From assembly GCA_964016885.1 (NCBI GenBank), contig OZ024757.1:12958001-13022000 (forward strand): a DNA stretch of 64,000 nucleotides, written 5' to 3'. Position 1 is the first letter of the stretch, and each line of letters begins with the position of its first letter. The notes beneath the pieces are model-generated. The model was not told where the DNA came from, did no database searches, and saw nothing but the letters and a program-made list of their open reading frames with translations. Shown here in pieces: positions 13,361 through 27,800 of this stretch. The position numbers were made by a program, and so were the translations under genes. The DNA is from Eledone cirrhosa. Taxonomy: Eukaryota.

Positions 13361-16300
13361 CGACTATGAACTCAGATTCATTCTTTTTCGAAAAACCTAA
13401 AAAAATTGATTATATAAGGTTTTCGAAAAACCTAAAAATATCAATATTTGAAATCAGATATAAATATTTATAAAAAAAATTGATTATATAAGGTTTTCGA
13501 AAAAAAATTAATATGCGTTTTTCAAATTGCGTTTTTCGAAATATTAACTTCTGATTTCGAAAACTGATTTTTTTAGGTTTTTCGAAAAAAATTTAATCTG
13601 CAAAATTTGAAACCAGAAAGTAGATATTTCGAAAGATTTGTAAAAGCATTAATTTTTTACTTTTTTTTAGATTTCGAAAATGCTAACAATCAGAAAAACG
13701 TAAAAAGATTAATGCAGAAGTATATATTTCGACTATGAACTCACATTCATTCTTTTTCGAAAAACCTAAAAAAATTGATATTTGAAATCAGATATAAATA
13801 TTTCTAAAAGTATAAAAAAATTGATTATATAAAAAAATATTGATTATATAAAAAATATTGATTATATAAAAAAATTATTTTTCGAAAAAAAATTAATATG
13901 CGTTATTCAAGTTGCGTTTTTCGAAATATAAACTTCTGATTTCGAAAACTTATTTTTTCAGGTTTTTCGAAAAAAATTTAATCTGCAAAATTTGAAACCA
14001 GAAAGTAAATATTTCGAAAGATTTGTAAAAGCATGTTTTTTTTACGTTTTCGAAACATGCAAAAAATCAGAAAAAGATTAATACAGAAGTATATATTTCG
14101 ACTATGAACTCACATTCATTCTTTTTCGAAAAACCTAAAAAAATCAATATTTGAAATCAGATATAAATATTTATAAAAAAATTGATTATATAAGGTTTTC
14201 GAAAAAAATTAATATGCGTTTTTCAAATTGCGTTTTTCGAAATATTAACTTCTGATTTCGAAAACTTATTTTTTTAGGTTTTTCGAAAAAAATTTAATCT
14301 GCAAAATTTGAAACCAGAAAGTAGATATTTCGAAAGATTTGTAAAATCATTAATTTTTTACGTTTTTTTTTAGATTTCGAAACATGCAAAATGTAAAAAG
14401 ATTAATACAGAAACATGAAAAATGTAAAAAGATTAATACAGAAGTATATATTTCGACTATGAACTCAGATTCATTCTTTTTCGAAAAACCTAAAAAAATT
14501 GATTATATAAGGTTTTCGAAAAACCTAAAAATATCAATATTTGAAATCAGATATAAATATTTATAAAAAAATTGATTATCGAAAAAAAATTAATATGCCT
14601 TTTTCAAATTGCGTTTTTCGAAATATTAACTTCTGATTTCGAAAACTGATTTTTTTAGGTTTTTCGAAAAAAATTTAATCTGCAAAATTTGAAACCAGAA
14701 AGTAGATATTTCGAAAGATTTGTAAAAGCATTAATTTTTTACGTTTTTTTTAGATTTCGAAAATGCTAACAATCAGAAAAACGTAAAAAGATTAATGCAG
14801 AAGTATATATTTCGACTATGAACTCACATTCATTCTTTTTCGAAAAACCTAAAAAAATCAATATTTGAAATCAGATATAAATATTTATAAAAAAATTGAT
14901 TATATAAGGTTTTCGAAAAAAATTAATATGCGTTTTTCAAATTGCGTTTTTCGAAATATTAACTTCTGATTTCGAAAACTTATTTTTTTAGGTTTTTCGA
15001 AAAAAATTTAATCTGCAAAATTTGAAACCAGAAAGTTTCGAAAGATTTGTAAAAGCATGTTTTTTTTACGTTTTCGAAACATGCAAAAAATCAGAAAAAG
15101 ATTAATACAGAAGTATATATTTCGACTATGAACTCACATTCATTCTTTTTCGAAAAACCTAAAAAAATTGATTATATAAGGTTTTCGAAAAACCTAAAAA
15201 AATCAATATTTGAAATAAGATATAAATATTTATAAAAAAATTGATTATATAAGGTTTTCGAAAAAAATTAATATGCGTTTTTCAAATTGCGTTTTTCGAA
15301 ATATTAACTTCTGATTTCGAAAACTTATTTTTTTAGGTTTTTCGAAAAAAATTTAATCTGCAAAATTTGAAACCAGAAAGTTTCGAAAGATTTGTAAAAG
15401 CATGTTTTTTTTACGTTTTCGAAACATGCAAAAAATCAGAAAAAGATTAATACAGAAGTATATATTTCGACTATGAACTCACATTCATTCTTTTTCGAAA
15501 AACCTAAAAAAATTGATTATATAAGGTTTTCGAAAAACCTAAAAAAATCAATATTTGAAATCAGATATAAATATTTCTAAAAGTATAAAAAAAATTGATT
15601 ATATAAGGTTTTCGAAAAAAAATTAATATGCGTTTTTCAAATTGCGTTTTTCGAACTTCTGATTTCGAAAACTGATTTTTTTAGGTTTTTCGAAAAAAAT
15701 TTAATCTGCAAAATTTGAAACCAGAAAGTAGATATTTCGAAAGATTTGTAAAAGCATTAATTTTTTACGTTTTTTATTAGATTTCGAAACATGCAAAATG
15801 TAAAAAGATTAATACAGAAACATGAAAAATGTAAAAAGATTAATACAGAAGTATATATTTCGACTATGAACTCAGATTCATTCTTTTTCGAAAAACCTAA
15901 AAAAATTGATTATATAAGGTTTTCGAAAAACCTAAAAAAATCAATATTTGAAATCAGATATAAATATTTATAAAAAAATTGATTATATAAGGTTTTCAAA
16001 AAAAATTAATATGCGTTTTTCAAATTGCGTTTTTCGAAATATTAACTTCTGATTTCGAAAACTTATTTTTTTAGGTTTTTCGAAAAAAATTTAATCTGCA
16101 AAATTTGAAACCAGAAAGTAAATATTTCGAAAGATTTGTAAAAGCATGTTTTTTTTACGTTTTCGAAACATGCAAAAAATCAGAAAAAGATTAATACAGA
16201 AGTATATATTTCGACTATGAACTCACATTCATTCTTTTTCGAAAAACCTAAAAAAATCAATATTTGAAATCAGATATAAATATTTATAAAAAAATTGATT

Positions 16301-16430
16301 ATATAAGGTTTTCGAAAAAAATTAATATGCGTTTTTCAAATTGCGTTTTTCGAAATATTAACTTCTGATTTCGAAAACTTATTTTTTTAGGTTTTTCGAA
16401 AAAAATTTAATCTGCAAAATTTGAAACCAG
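13361..16430 (+). repeat. Partial second copy of the 13-mer HOR
   Basis: Matches sequence from 8767 onward at offset 4594, including the private variants TTATCGAAA, ATGCCTTTT, GTAAAATCATT and TTTTCAGG, until a deleted monomer at ~16431. Confidence 0.85.
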
Positions 16431-18283
16431 AAAGTTTCGAAAAAAAATCAGAAAAAGATTAATACAGAAGTATATATTTCGACTATGAACTCACATTCAT
16501 TCTTTTTCGAAAAACCTAAAAAAATTGATTATATAAGGTTTTCGAAAAACCTAAAAAAATCAATATTTGAAATCAGATATAAATATTTCTAAAAGTATAA
16601 AAAAATTGATTATATAAAAAAATATTGATTATATAAAAAATATTGATTATATAAAAAAATTATTTTTCGAAAAAAAATTAATATGCGTTTTTCAAGTTGC
16701 GTTTTTCGAAATATTAACTTCTGATTTCGAAAACTGAATTTTTTAGGTTTTTCGAAAAAAATTTAATCTGCAAAATTTGAAACCAGAAAGTAGATATTTC
16801 GAAAGATTTGTAAAAGCATTAATTTTTTACGTTTTTTTTTAGATTTCGAAACATGCAAAATGTAAAAAGATTAATACAGAAACATGAAAAATGTAAAAAG
16901 ATTAATACAGAAGTATATATTTCGACTATGAACTCAGATTCATTCTTTTTCGAAAAACCTAAAAAAATTGATTATATAAGGAAAAACCTAAAAAAATCAA
17001 TATTTGAAATCAGATATAAATATTTATAAAAAAATTGATTATATAAGATTTTCAAAAAAAATTAATATGCGTTTTTCAAATTGCGTTTTTCGAAATATTA
17101 ACTTCTGATTTCGAAAACTTATTTTTTTAGGTTTTTCGAAAAAAATTTAATCTGCAAAATTTGAAACCAGAAAGTAAATATTTCGAAAGATTTGTAAAAG
17201 CATGTTTTTTTTACGTTTTCGAAACATGCAAAAAATCAGAAAAAGATTAATACAGAAGTATATATTTCGACTATGAACTCACATTCATTCTTTTTCGAAA
17301 AACCTAAAAAAATCAATATTTGAAATCAGATATAAATATTTATAAAAAAATTGATTATATAAGGTTTTCGAAAAAAATTAATATGCGTTTTTCAAATTGC
17401 GTTTTTCGAAATATTAACTTCTGATTTCGAAAACTTATTTTTTTAGGTTTTTCGAAAAAAATTTAATCTGCAAAATTTGAAACCAGAAAGTTTCGAAAGA
17501 TTTGTAAAAGCATGTTTTTTTTACGTTTTCGAAACATGCAAAAAATCAGAAAAAGATTAATACAGAAGTATATATTTCGACTATGAACTCAGATTCATTC
17601 TTTTTCGAAAAACCTAAAAAAATTGATTATATAAGGTTTTCGAAAAACCTAAAAAAATCAATATTTGAAATCAGATATAAATATTTCTAAAAGTATAAAA
17701 AAAATTGATTATATAAGGTTTTCGAAAAAAAATTAATATGCGTTTTTCAAATTGCGTTTTTCGAACTTCTGATTTCGAAAACTGATTTTTTTAGGTTTTT
17801 CGAAAAAAATTTAATCTGCAAAATTTGAAACCAGAAAGTAAATATTTCGAAAGATTTGTAAAAGCATGTTTTTTTTACGTTTTCGAAACATGCAAAAAAT
17901 CAGAAAAAGATTAATACAGAAGTATATATTTCGACTATGAACTCACATTCATTCTTTTTCGAAAAACCTAAAAAAATCAATATTTGAAATCAGATATAAA
18001 TATTTATAAAAAAATTGATTATATAAGGTTTTCGAAAAAAATTAATATGCGTTTTTCAAATTGCGTTTTTCGAAATATTAACTTCTGATTTCGAAAACTT
18101 ATTTTTTTAGGTTTTTCGAAAAAAATTTAATCTGCAAAATTTGAAACCAGTAAGTTTCGAAAGATTTGTAAAAGCATGTTTTTTTTACGTTTTCGAAACA
18201 TGCAAAAAATCAGAAAAAGATTAATACAGAAGTATATATTTCGACTATGAACTCACATTCATTCTTTTTTGAAAAACCTAAAA

Positions 18284-18384
18284 AAATTGATTATATAAGG
18301 TTTTCGAAAAACCTAAAAAAAATCAATATTTGATTTCAAATATTGATTTTTTTAGGTTTTTCGAAAACCTTATATAATTAATTT
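18284..18384. repeat. 101-bp palindrome copy (TAATTAATTT variant)
   Basis: Same centre and arms; shares its variant with the 6596 copy. Confidence 0.93.
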
Positions 18385-19868
18385 ATAAAAAAATTGATTA
18401 TATAAGGTTTTCGAAAAAAATTAATATGCGTTTTTCAAATTGCGTTTTTCGAAATATTAACTTCTGATTTTGAAAACTTATTTTTTTAGGTTTTTCGAAA
18501 AAAATTTAATCTGCAAAATTTGAAACCAGAAAGTAGATATTTCGAAAGATTTGTAAAAGCATTAATTTTTTACGTTTTTTTTTAGATTTCGAAACATGCA
18601 AAATGTAAAAAGATTAATACAGAAACATGAAAAATGTAAAAAGATTAATACAGAAGTATATATTTCGACTATGAACTCAGATTCATTCTTTTTCGAAAAA
18701 CCTAAAAAAATTGATTATATAAGGTTTTCGAAAAACCTAAAAATATCAATATTTGAAATCAGATATAAATATTTATAAAAAAATTGATTATATAAGGTTT
18801 TCGAAAAAAAATTAATATGCGTTTTTCAAATTGCGTTTTTCGAAATATTAACTTCTGATTTGGAAAACTGATTTTTTTAGGTTTTTCGAAAAAAATTTAA
18901 TCTGCAAAATTTGAAACCAGAAAGTAGATATTTCGAAAGATTTGTAAAAGCATTAATTTTTTACGTTTTTTTTAGATTTCGAAAATGCTAACAATCAGAA
19001 AAACGTAAAAAGATTAATGCAGAAGTATATATTTCGACTATGAACTCACATTCATTCTTTTTCGAAAAACCTAAAAAAATTGATTATATAAGGTTTTCGA
19101 AAAACCTAAAAAAATCAATATTTGAAATCAGATATAAATATTTCTAAAAGTATAAAAAAATTGATTATATAAAAAAATATTGATTATATAAAAAATATTG
19201 ATTATATAAAAAAATTATTTTTCGAAAAAAAATTAATATGCGTTTTTCAAGTTGCGTTTTTCGAAATATTAACTTCTGATTTCGAAAACTTATTTTTTTA
19301 GGTTTTTCGAAAAAAATTTAATCTGCAAAATTTGAAACCAGAAAGTAAATATTTCGAAAGATTTGTAAAAGCATGTTTTTTTTACGTTTTCGAAACATGC
19401 AAAAAATCAGAAAAAGATTAATATAGAAGTATATATTTCGACTATGAACTCACATTCATTCTTTTTCGAAAAACCTAAAAAAATCAATATTTGAAATCAG
19501 ATATAAATATTTCTAAAAGTATAAAAAAATTGATTATATAAAAAAATATTGATTATATAAAAAATATTGATTATATAAAATAATTATTTTTCGAAAAAAA
19601 ATTAATATGCGTTTTTCAAATTGCGTTTTTCGAAATATTAACTTCTGATTTCGAAAACTGATTTTTTTAGGTTTTTCGAAAAAAATTTAATCTGCAAAAT
19701 TTGAAACCAGACAGTAGATATTTCGAAAGATTTGTAAAAGCATTAATTTTTTACGTTTTTTTTAGATTTCGAAACATGCAAAATGTAAAAAGATTAATAC
19801 AGAAACATGAAAAATGTAAAAAGATTAATACAGAAGTATATATTTCGACTATGAACTCAGATTCATTC

Positions 19869-20090
19869 TTTTTCGAAAAACCTAAAAAAATCAATATTTG
19901 AAATCAGATATAAATATTTCTAAAAGTATAAAAAAATTGATTATATAAAAAAATATTGATTATATAAAAAATATTGATTATATAAAAAAATTATTTTTCG
20001 AAAAAAAATTAATATGCGTTTTTCAAATTGCGTTTTTCGAAATATTAACTTCTGATTTCGAAAACTGATTTTTTTAGGTTTTTCGAAAAA
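19869..20090. repeat. Example of the monomer-internal imperfect inverted repeat (arms 19869-19925 and 20034-20090)
   Basis: The left arm is TTTTTCGAAAAACCTAAAAAAATCA-ATATTT-GAAATCAGA-TATAAATATTTCTAAAA. The reverse complement of the right arm is TTTTTCGAAAAACCTAAAAAAATCA-GTTTTC-GAAATCAGA-AGTTAATATTTCGAAAA. They match at 50/57 positions by hand alignment, with the first 25 perfect. Confidence 0.9.
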
Positions 20091-23000
20091 AATTTAATCT
20101 GCAAAATTTGAAACCAGAAAGTAGATATTTCGAAAGATTTGTAAAAGCATTAATTTTTTACGTTTTTTTTAGATTTCGAAACATGCAAAATGTAAAAAGA
20201 TTAATACAGAAACATGAAAAATGTAAAAAGATTAATACAGAAGTATATATTTCGACTATGAACTCAGATTCATTCTTTTTCGAAAAACCTAAAAAAATCA
20301 ATATTTGAAATCAGATATAAATATTTCTAAAAGTATAAAAAAATTGATTATATAAGGTTTTCGAAAAAAAATTAATATGCGTTTTTCAAATTGCGTTTTT
20401 CGAACTTCTGATTTCGAAAACTGATTTTTTTAGGTTTTTTGAAAAAAATTTAATCTGTAAAATTTGAAACCAGAAAGTAAATATTTCGAAAGATTTGTAA
20501 AAGCATGTTTTTTTTACGTTTTCGAAACATGCAAAAAATCAGAAAAAGATTAATACAGAAGTATATATTTCGACTATGAACTCACATTCATTCTTTATCG
20601 AAAAACCTAAAAAAATTGATTATATAAGGTTTTCGAAAAACCTAAAAAAATCAATATTTGAAATCAGATATAAATATTTCTAAAAGTATAAAAAAATTGA
20701 TTATATAAAAAAATATTGATTATATAAAAAATATTGATTATATAAAAAAATTATTTTTCGAAAAAAAATTAATATGCGTTTTTGAAATTGCGTTTTTCGA
20801 AATATTAACTGCTGATTTTGAAAACTGATTTTTTTAGGTTTTTCGAAAAAAATTTAATCTGCAAAACTTGAAACCAGAAAGTAGATATTTCGAAAGATTT
20901 GTAAAAGCATTAATTTTTTACGTTTTTTTTAGATTTCGAAAATGCTAACAATCAGAAAAACGTAAAAAGATTAATGCAGAAGTATATATTTCGACTATGA
21001 ACTCACATTCATTCTTTTTCGAAAAACCTAAAAAAATTGATTATATAAGGTTTTCGAAAAACCTAAAAATATCAATATTTGAAATCCGATATAAATATTT
21101 ATAAAAAAATTGATTATATAAGGTTTTCGAAAAAAAATTAATATGCGTTTTTCAAATTGCGTTTTTCGAAATATTAACTTCTGATTTCGAAAACTGATTT
21201 TTTTAGGTTTTTCGAAAAAAATTTAATCTGCAAAATTTGAAATCAGAAAGTTTCGAAAGATTTGTAAAAGCATGTTTTTTTTACGTTTTCGAAACATGCA
21301 AAAAATCAGAAAAAGATTAATACAGAAGTATATATTTCGACTATGAACTCACATTCATTCTTTTTCGAAAAACCTAAAAAAATTGTTTATATAAGGTTTT
21401 AGAAAAACCTAAAAAAATTGTTTATATAAGGTTTTAGAAAAACCTAAAAAAAATCAATATTTGAAATCAGATATAAATATTTCTAAAAGTATAAAAAAAT
21501 TGATTATATAAGGTTTTCGAAAAAAAATTAATATGCGTTTTTCAAATTGCGTTTTTCGAAAACTGATTTTTTTAGGTTTTTCGAAAAAAATTTAATCTGC
21601 AAAATTTGAAACCAGAAAGTAAATGTAAAAGCATGTTTTTTTTACGTTTTCGAAACATGCAAAAAAATCAGAAAAAGATTAATACAGAAGTATATATTTC
21701 GACTATGAACTCACATTCATTCTTTTTCGAAAAACCTAAAAAAATCAATATTTGAAATCAGATATAAATATTTATAAAAAAATTGATTATATAAGGTTTT
21801 CGAAAAAAATTAATATGCGTTTTTCAAATTGCGTTTTTCGAAATATTAACTTCTGATTTCGAAAACTTATTTTTTTAGGTTTTTCGAAAAAAATTTAATC
21901 TGCAAAATTTGAAACCAGAAAGTAGATATTTCGAAAGATTTGTAAAATCATTAATTTTTTACGTTTTTTTTTAGATTTCGAAACATGCAAAATGTAAAAA
22001 GATTAATACAGAAACATGAAAAATGTAAAAAGATTAATACAGAAGTATATATTTCGACTATGAACTCAGATTCATTCTTTTTCGAAAAACCTAAAAAAAT
22101 TGATTATATAAGGTTTTCGAAAAACCTAAAAATATCAATATTTGAAATCAGATATAAATATTTATAAAAAAATTGATTATATAAGGTTTTCGAAAAAAAT
22201 TAATATGCGTTTTTCAAATTGCGTTTTTCGAAATATTAACTTCTGATTTCGAAAACTTATTTTTTTAGGTTTTTCGAAAAAAATTTAATCTGCAAAATTT
22301 GAAACCAGAAAGTTTCGAAAGATTTGTAAAAGCATGTTTTTTTTACGTTTTCGAAACATGCAAAAAATCAGAAAAAGATTAATACAGAAGTATATATTTC
22401 GACTATGAACTCACATTCATTCTTTTTCGAAAAACCTAAAAAAATTGATTATATAAGGTTTTCGAAAAACCTAAAAAAATCAATATTTGAAATCAGATAT
22501 AAATAGTTCTAAAAGTATAAAAAAAATTGATTATATAAGGTTTTCGAAAAAAAATTAATATGCGTTTTTCAAATTGCGTTTTTCGAACTTCTGATTTCGA
22601 AAACTGATTTTTTTAGGTTTTTCGAAAAAAATTTAATCTGCAAAATTTGAAACCAGAAAGTAGATATTTCGAAAGATTTGTAAAAGCATTAATTTTTTAC
22701 GTTTTTTATTAGATTTCGAAACATGCAAAATGTAAAAAGATTAATACAGAAACATGAAAAATGTAAAAAGATTAATACAGAAGTATATATTTCGACTATG
22801 AACTCAGATTCATTCTTTTTCGAAAAACCTAAAAAAATTGATTATATAAGGTTTTCGAAAAACCTAAAAAAATCAATATTTGAAATCAGATATAAATATT
22901 TATAAAAAAATTGATTATATAAGGTTTTCAAAAAAAATTAATATGCGTTTTTCAAATTGCGTTTTTCGAAATATTAACTTCTGATTTCGAAAACTTATTT

Positions 23001-24160
23001 TTTTAGGTTTTTCGAAAAAAATTTAATCTGCAAAATTTGAAACCAGAAAGTAAATATTTCGAAAGATTTGTAAAAGCATGTTTTTTTTACGTTTTCGAAA
23101 CATGCAAAAAATCAGAAAAAGATTAATACAGAAGTATATATTTCGACTATGAACTCACATTCATTCTTTTTCGAAAAACCTAAAAAAATCAATATTTGAA
23201 ATCAGATATAAATATTTATAAAAAAATTGATTATATAAGGTTTTCGAAAAAAATTAATATGCGTTTTTCAAATTGCGTTTTTCGAAATATTAACTTCTGA
23301 TTTCGAAAACTTATTTTTTTAGGTTTTTCGAAAAAAATTTAATCTGCAAAATTTGAAACCAGAAAGTTTCGAAAGATTTGTAAAAGCATGTTTTTTTTAC
23401 GTTTTCGAAACATGCAAAAAATCAGAAAAAGATTAATACAGAAGTATATATTTCGACTATGAACTCAGATTCATTCTTTTTCGAAAAACCTAAAAAAATT
23501 GATTATATAAGGTTTTCGAAAAACCTAAAAAAATCAATATTTGAAATCAGATATAAATATTTCTAAAAGTATAAAAAAAATTGATTATATAAGGTTTTCG
23601 AAAAAAAATTAATATGCGTTTTTCAAATTGCGTTTTTCGAACTTCTGATTTCGAAAACTTATTTTTTTAGGTTTTTCGAAAAAAATTTAATCTGCAAAAT
23701 TTGAAACCAGAAAGTAAATATTTCGAAAGATTTGTAAAAGCATGTTTTTTTTACGTTTTCGAAACATGCAAAAAATCAGAAAAAGATTAATACAGAAGTA
23801 TATATTTCGACTATGAACTCACATTCATTCTTTTTCGAAAAACCTAAAAAAATCAATATTTGAAATCAGATATAAATATTTATAAAAAAATTGATTATAT
23901 AAGGTTTTCGAAAAAAATTAATATGCGTTTTTCAAATTGCGTTTTTCGAAATATTAACTTCTGATTTCGAAAACTTATTTTTTTAGGTTTTTCGAAAAAA
24001 ATTTAATCTGCAAAATTTGAAACCAGTAAGTTTCGAAAGATTTGTAAAAGCATGTTTTTTTTACGTTTTCGAAACATGCAAAAAAATCAGAAAAAGATTA
24101 ATACAGAAGTATATATTTCGACTATGAACTCACATTCATTCTTTTTCGAAAAACCTAAAA

Positions 24161-24261
24161 AAATTGATTATATAAGGTTTTCGAAAAACCTAAAAAAAAT
24201 CAATATTTGATTTCAAATATTGATTTTTTTAGGTTTTTCGAAAACCTTATATAATCAATTT
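24161..24261. repeat. 101-bp palindrome copy
   Basis: Same centre and arms. Confidence 0.93.
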
Positions 24262-24887
24262 ATAAAAAAATTGATTATATAAGGTTTTCGAAAAAAATTA
24301 ATATGCGTTTTTCAAATTGCGTTTTTCGAAATATTAACTTCTGATTTCGAAAACTTATTTTTTTAGGTTTTTCGAAAAAAATTTAATCTTCAAAATTTGA
24401 AACCAGAGAGTTTCGAAAGATTTGTAAAAGCATGTTTTTTTTACGTTTTCGAAACATGCAAAAAATCAGAAAAAGATTAATACAGAAGTATATATTTCGA
24501 CTATGAACTCACATTCATTCTTTTTCGAAAAACCTAAAAAAATTGATTATATAAGGTTTTCGAAAAACCTAAAAAAATCAATATTTGAAATCAGATATAA
24601 ATATTTATAAAAAAATTGATTATATAAGGTTTTCGAAAAAAATTAATATGCGTTTTTCAAATTGCGTTTTTCGAAATATTAACTTCTGATTTCGAAAACT
24701 TATTTTTTTAGGTTTTTCGAAAAAAATTTAATCTGCAAAATTTGAAACCAGAAAGTAGATATTTCGAAAGATTTGTAAAAGCATTAATTTTTTACGTTTT
24801 TTTTTAGATTTCGAAACATGCAAAATGTAAAAAGATTAATACAGAAACATGAAAAATGTAAAAAGATTAATACAGAAGTATATATTT

Positions 24888-27800
24888 CGACTATGAACTC
24901 AGATTCATTCTTTTTCGAAAAACCTAAAAAAATTGATTATATAAGGTTTTCGAAAAACCTAAAAATATCAATATTTGAAATCAGATATAAATATTTATAA
25001 AAAAAATTGATTATATAAGGTTTTCGAAAAAAAATTAATATGCGTTTTTCAAATTGCGTTTTTCGAAATATTAACTTCTGATTTCGAAAACTGATTTTTT
25101 TAGGTTTTTCGAAAAAAATTTAATCTGCAAAATTTGAAACCAGAAAGTAGATATTTCGAAAGATTTGTAAAAGCATTAATTTTTTACTTTTTTTTAGATT
25201 TCGAAAATGCTAACAATCAGAAAAACGTAAAAAGATTAATGCAGAAGTATATATTTCGACTATGAACTCACATTCATTCTTTTTCGAAAAACCTAAAAAA
25301 ATTGATATTTGAAATCAGATATAAATATTTCTAAAAGTATAAAAAAATTGATTATATAAAAAAATATTGATTATATAAAAAATATTGATTATATAAAAAA
25401 ATTAATATGCGTTATTCAAGTTGCGTTTTTCGAAATATAAACTTCTGATTTCGAAAACTTATTTTTTCAGGTTTTTCGAAAAAAATTTAATCTGCAAAAT
25501 TTGAAACCAGAAAGTAAATATTTCGAAAGATTTGTAAAAGCATGTTTTTTTTACGTTTTCGAAACATGCAAAAAATCAGAAAAAGATTAATACAGAAGTA
25601 TATATTTCGACTATGAACTCACATTCATTCTTTTTCGAAAAACCTAAAAAAATCAATATTTGAAATCAGATATAAATATTTATAAAAAAATTGATTATAT
25701 AAGGTTTTCGAAAAAAATTAATATGCGTTTTTCAAATTGCGTTTTTCGAAATATTAACTTCTGATTTCGAAAACTTATTTTTTTAGGTTTTTCGAAAAAA
25801 ATTTAATCTGCAAAATTTGAAACCAGAAAGTAGATATTTCGAAAGATTTGTAAAATCATTAATTTTTTACGTTTTTTTTTAGATTTCGAAACATGCAAAA
25901 TGTAAAAAGATTAATACAGAAACATGAAAAATGTAAAAAGATTAATACAGAAGTATATATTTCGACTATGAACTCAGATTCATTCTTTTTCGAAAAACCT
26001 AAAAAAATTGATTATATAAGGTTTTCGAAAAACCTAAAAATATCAATATTTGAAATCAGATATAAATATTTATAAAAAAATTGATTATCGAAAAAAAATT
26101 AATATGCCTTTTTCAAATTGCGTTTTTCGAAATATTAACTTCTGATTTCGAAAACTGATTTTTTTAGGTTTTTCGAAAAAAATTTAATCTGCAAAATTTG
26201 AAACCAGAAAGTAGATATTTCGAAAGATTTGTAAAAGCATTAATTTTTTACGTTTTTTTTAGATTTCGAAAATGCTAACAATCAGAAAAACGTAAAAAGA
26301 TTAATGCAGAAGTATATATTTCGACTATGAACTCACATTCATTCTTTTTCGAAAAACCTAAAAAAATCAATATTTGAAATCAGATATAAATATTTATAAA
26401 AAAATTGATTATATAAGGTTTTCGAAAAAAATTAATATGCGTTTTTCAAATTGCGTTTTTCGAAATATTAACTTCTGATTTCGAAAACTTATTTTTTTAG
26501 GTTTTTCGAAAAAAATTTAATCTGCAAAATTTGAAACCAGAAAGTTTCGAAAGATTTGTAAAAGCATGTTTTTTTTACGTTTTCGAAACATGCAGAAAAT
26601 CAGAAAAAGATTAATACAGAAGTATATATTTCGACTATGAACTCACATTCATTCTTTTTCGAAAAACCTAAAAAAATTGATTATATAAGGTTTTCGAAAA
26701 ACCTAAAAAAATCAATATTTGAAATCAGATATAAATATTTATAAAAAAATTGATTATATAAGGTTTTCGAAAAAAATTAATATGCGTTTTTCAAATTGCG
26801 TTTTTCGAAATATTAACTTCTGATTTCGAAAACTTATTTTTTTAGGTTTTTCGAAAAAAATTTAATCTGCAAAATTTGAAACCAGAAAGTTTCGAAAGAT
26901 TTGTAAAAGCATGTTTTTTTTACGTTTTCGAAACATGCAAAAAATCAGAAAAAGATTAATACAGAAGTATATATTTCGACTATGAACTCACATTCATTCT
27001 TTTTCGAAAAACCTAAAAAAATTGATTATATAAGGTTTTCGAAAAACCTAAAAAAATCAATATTTGAAATCAGATATAAATATTTCTAAAAGTATAAAAA
27101 AAATTGATTATATAAGGTTTTCGAAAAAAAATTAATATGCGTTTTTCAAATTGCGTTTTTCGAACTTCTGATTTCGAAAACTGATTTTTTTAGGTTTTTC
27201 GAAAAAAATTTAATCTGCAAAATTTGAAACCAGAAAGTAGATATTTCGAAAGATTTGTAAAAGCATTAATTTTTTACGTTTTTTATTAGATTTCGAAACA
27301 TGCAAAATGTAAAAAGATTAATACAGAAACATGAAAAATGTAAAAAGATTAATACAGAAGTATATATTTCGACTATGAACTCAGATTCATTCTTTTTCGA
27401 AAAACCTAAAAAAATTGATTATATAAGGTTTTTGAAAAACCTAAAAAAATCAATATTTGAAATCAGATATAAATATTTATAAAAAAATTGATTATATAAG
27501 GTTTTCAAAAAAAATTAATATGCGTTTTTCAAATTGCGTTTTTCGAAATATTAACTTCTGATTTCGAAAACTTATTTTTTTAGGTTTTTCGAAAAAAATT
27601 TAATCTGCAAAATTTGAAACCAGAAAGTAAATATTTCGAAAGATTTGTAAAAGCATGTTTTTTTTACGTTTTCGAAACATGCAAAAAATCAGAAAAAGAT
27701 TAATACAGAAGTATATATTTCGACTATGAACTCACATTCATTCTTTTTCGAAAAACCTAAAAAAATCAATATTTGAAATCAGATATAAATATTTATAAAA

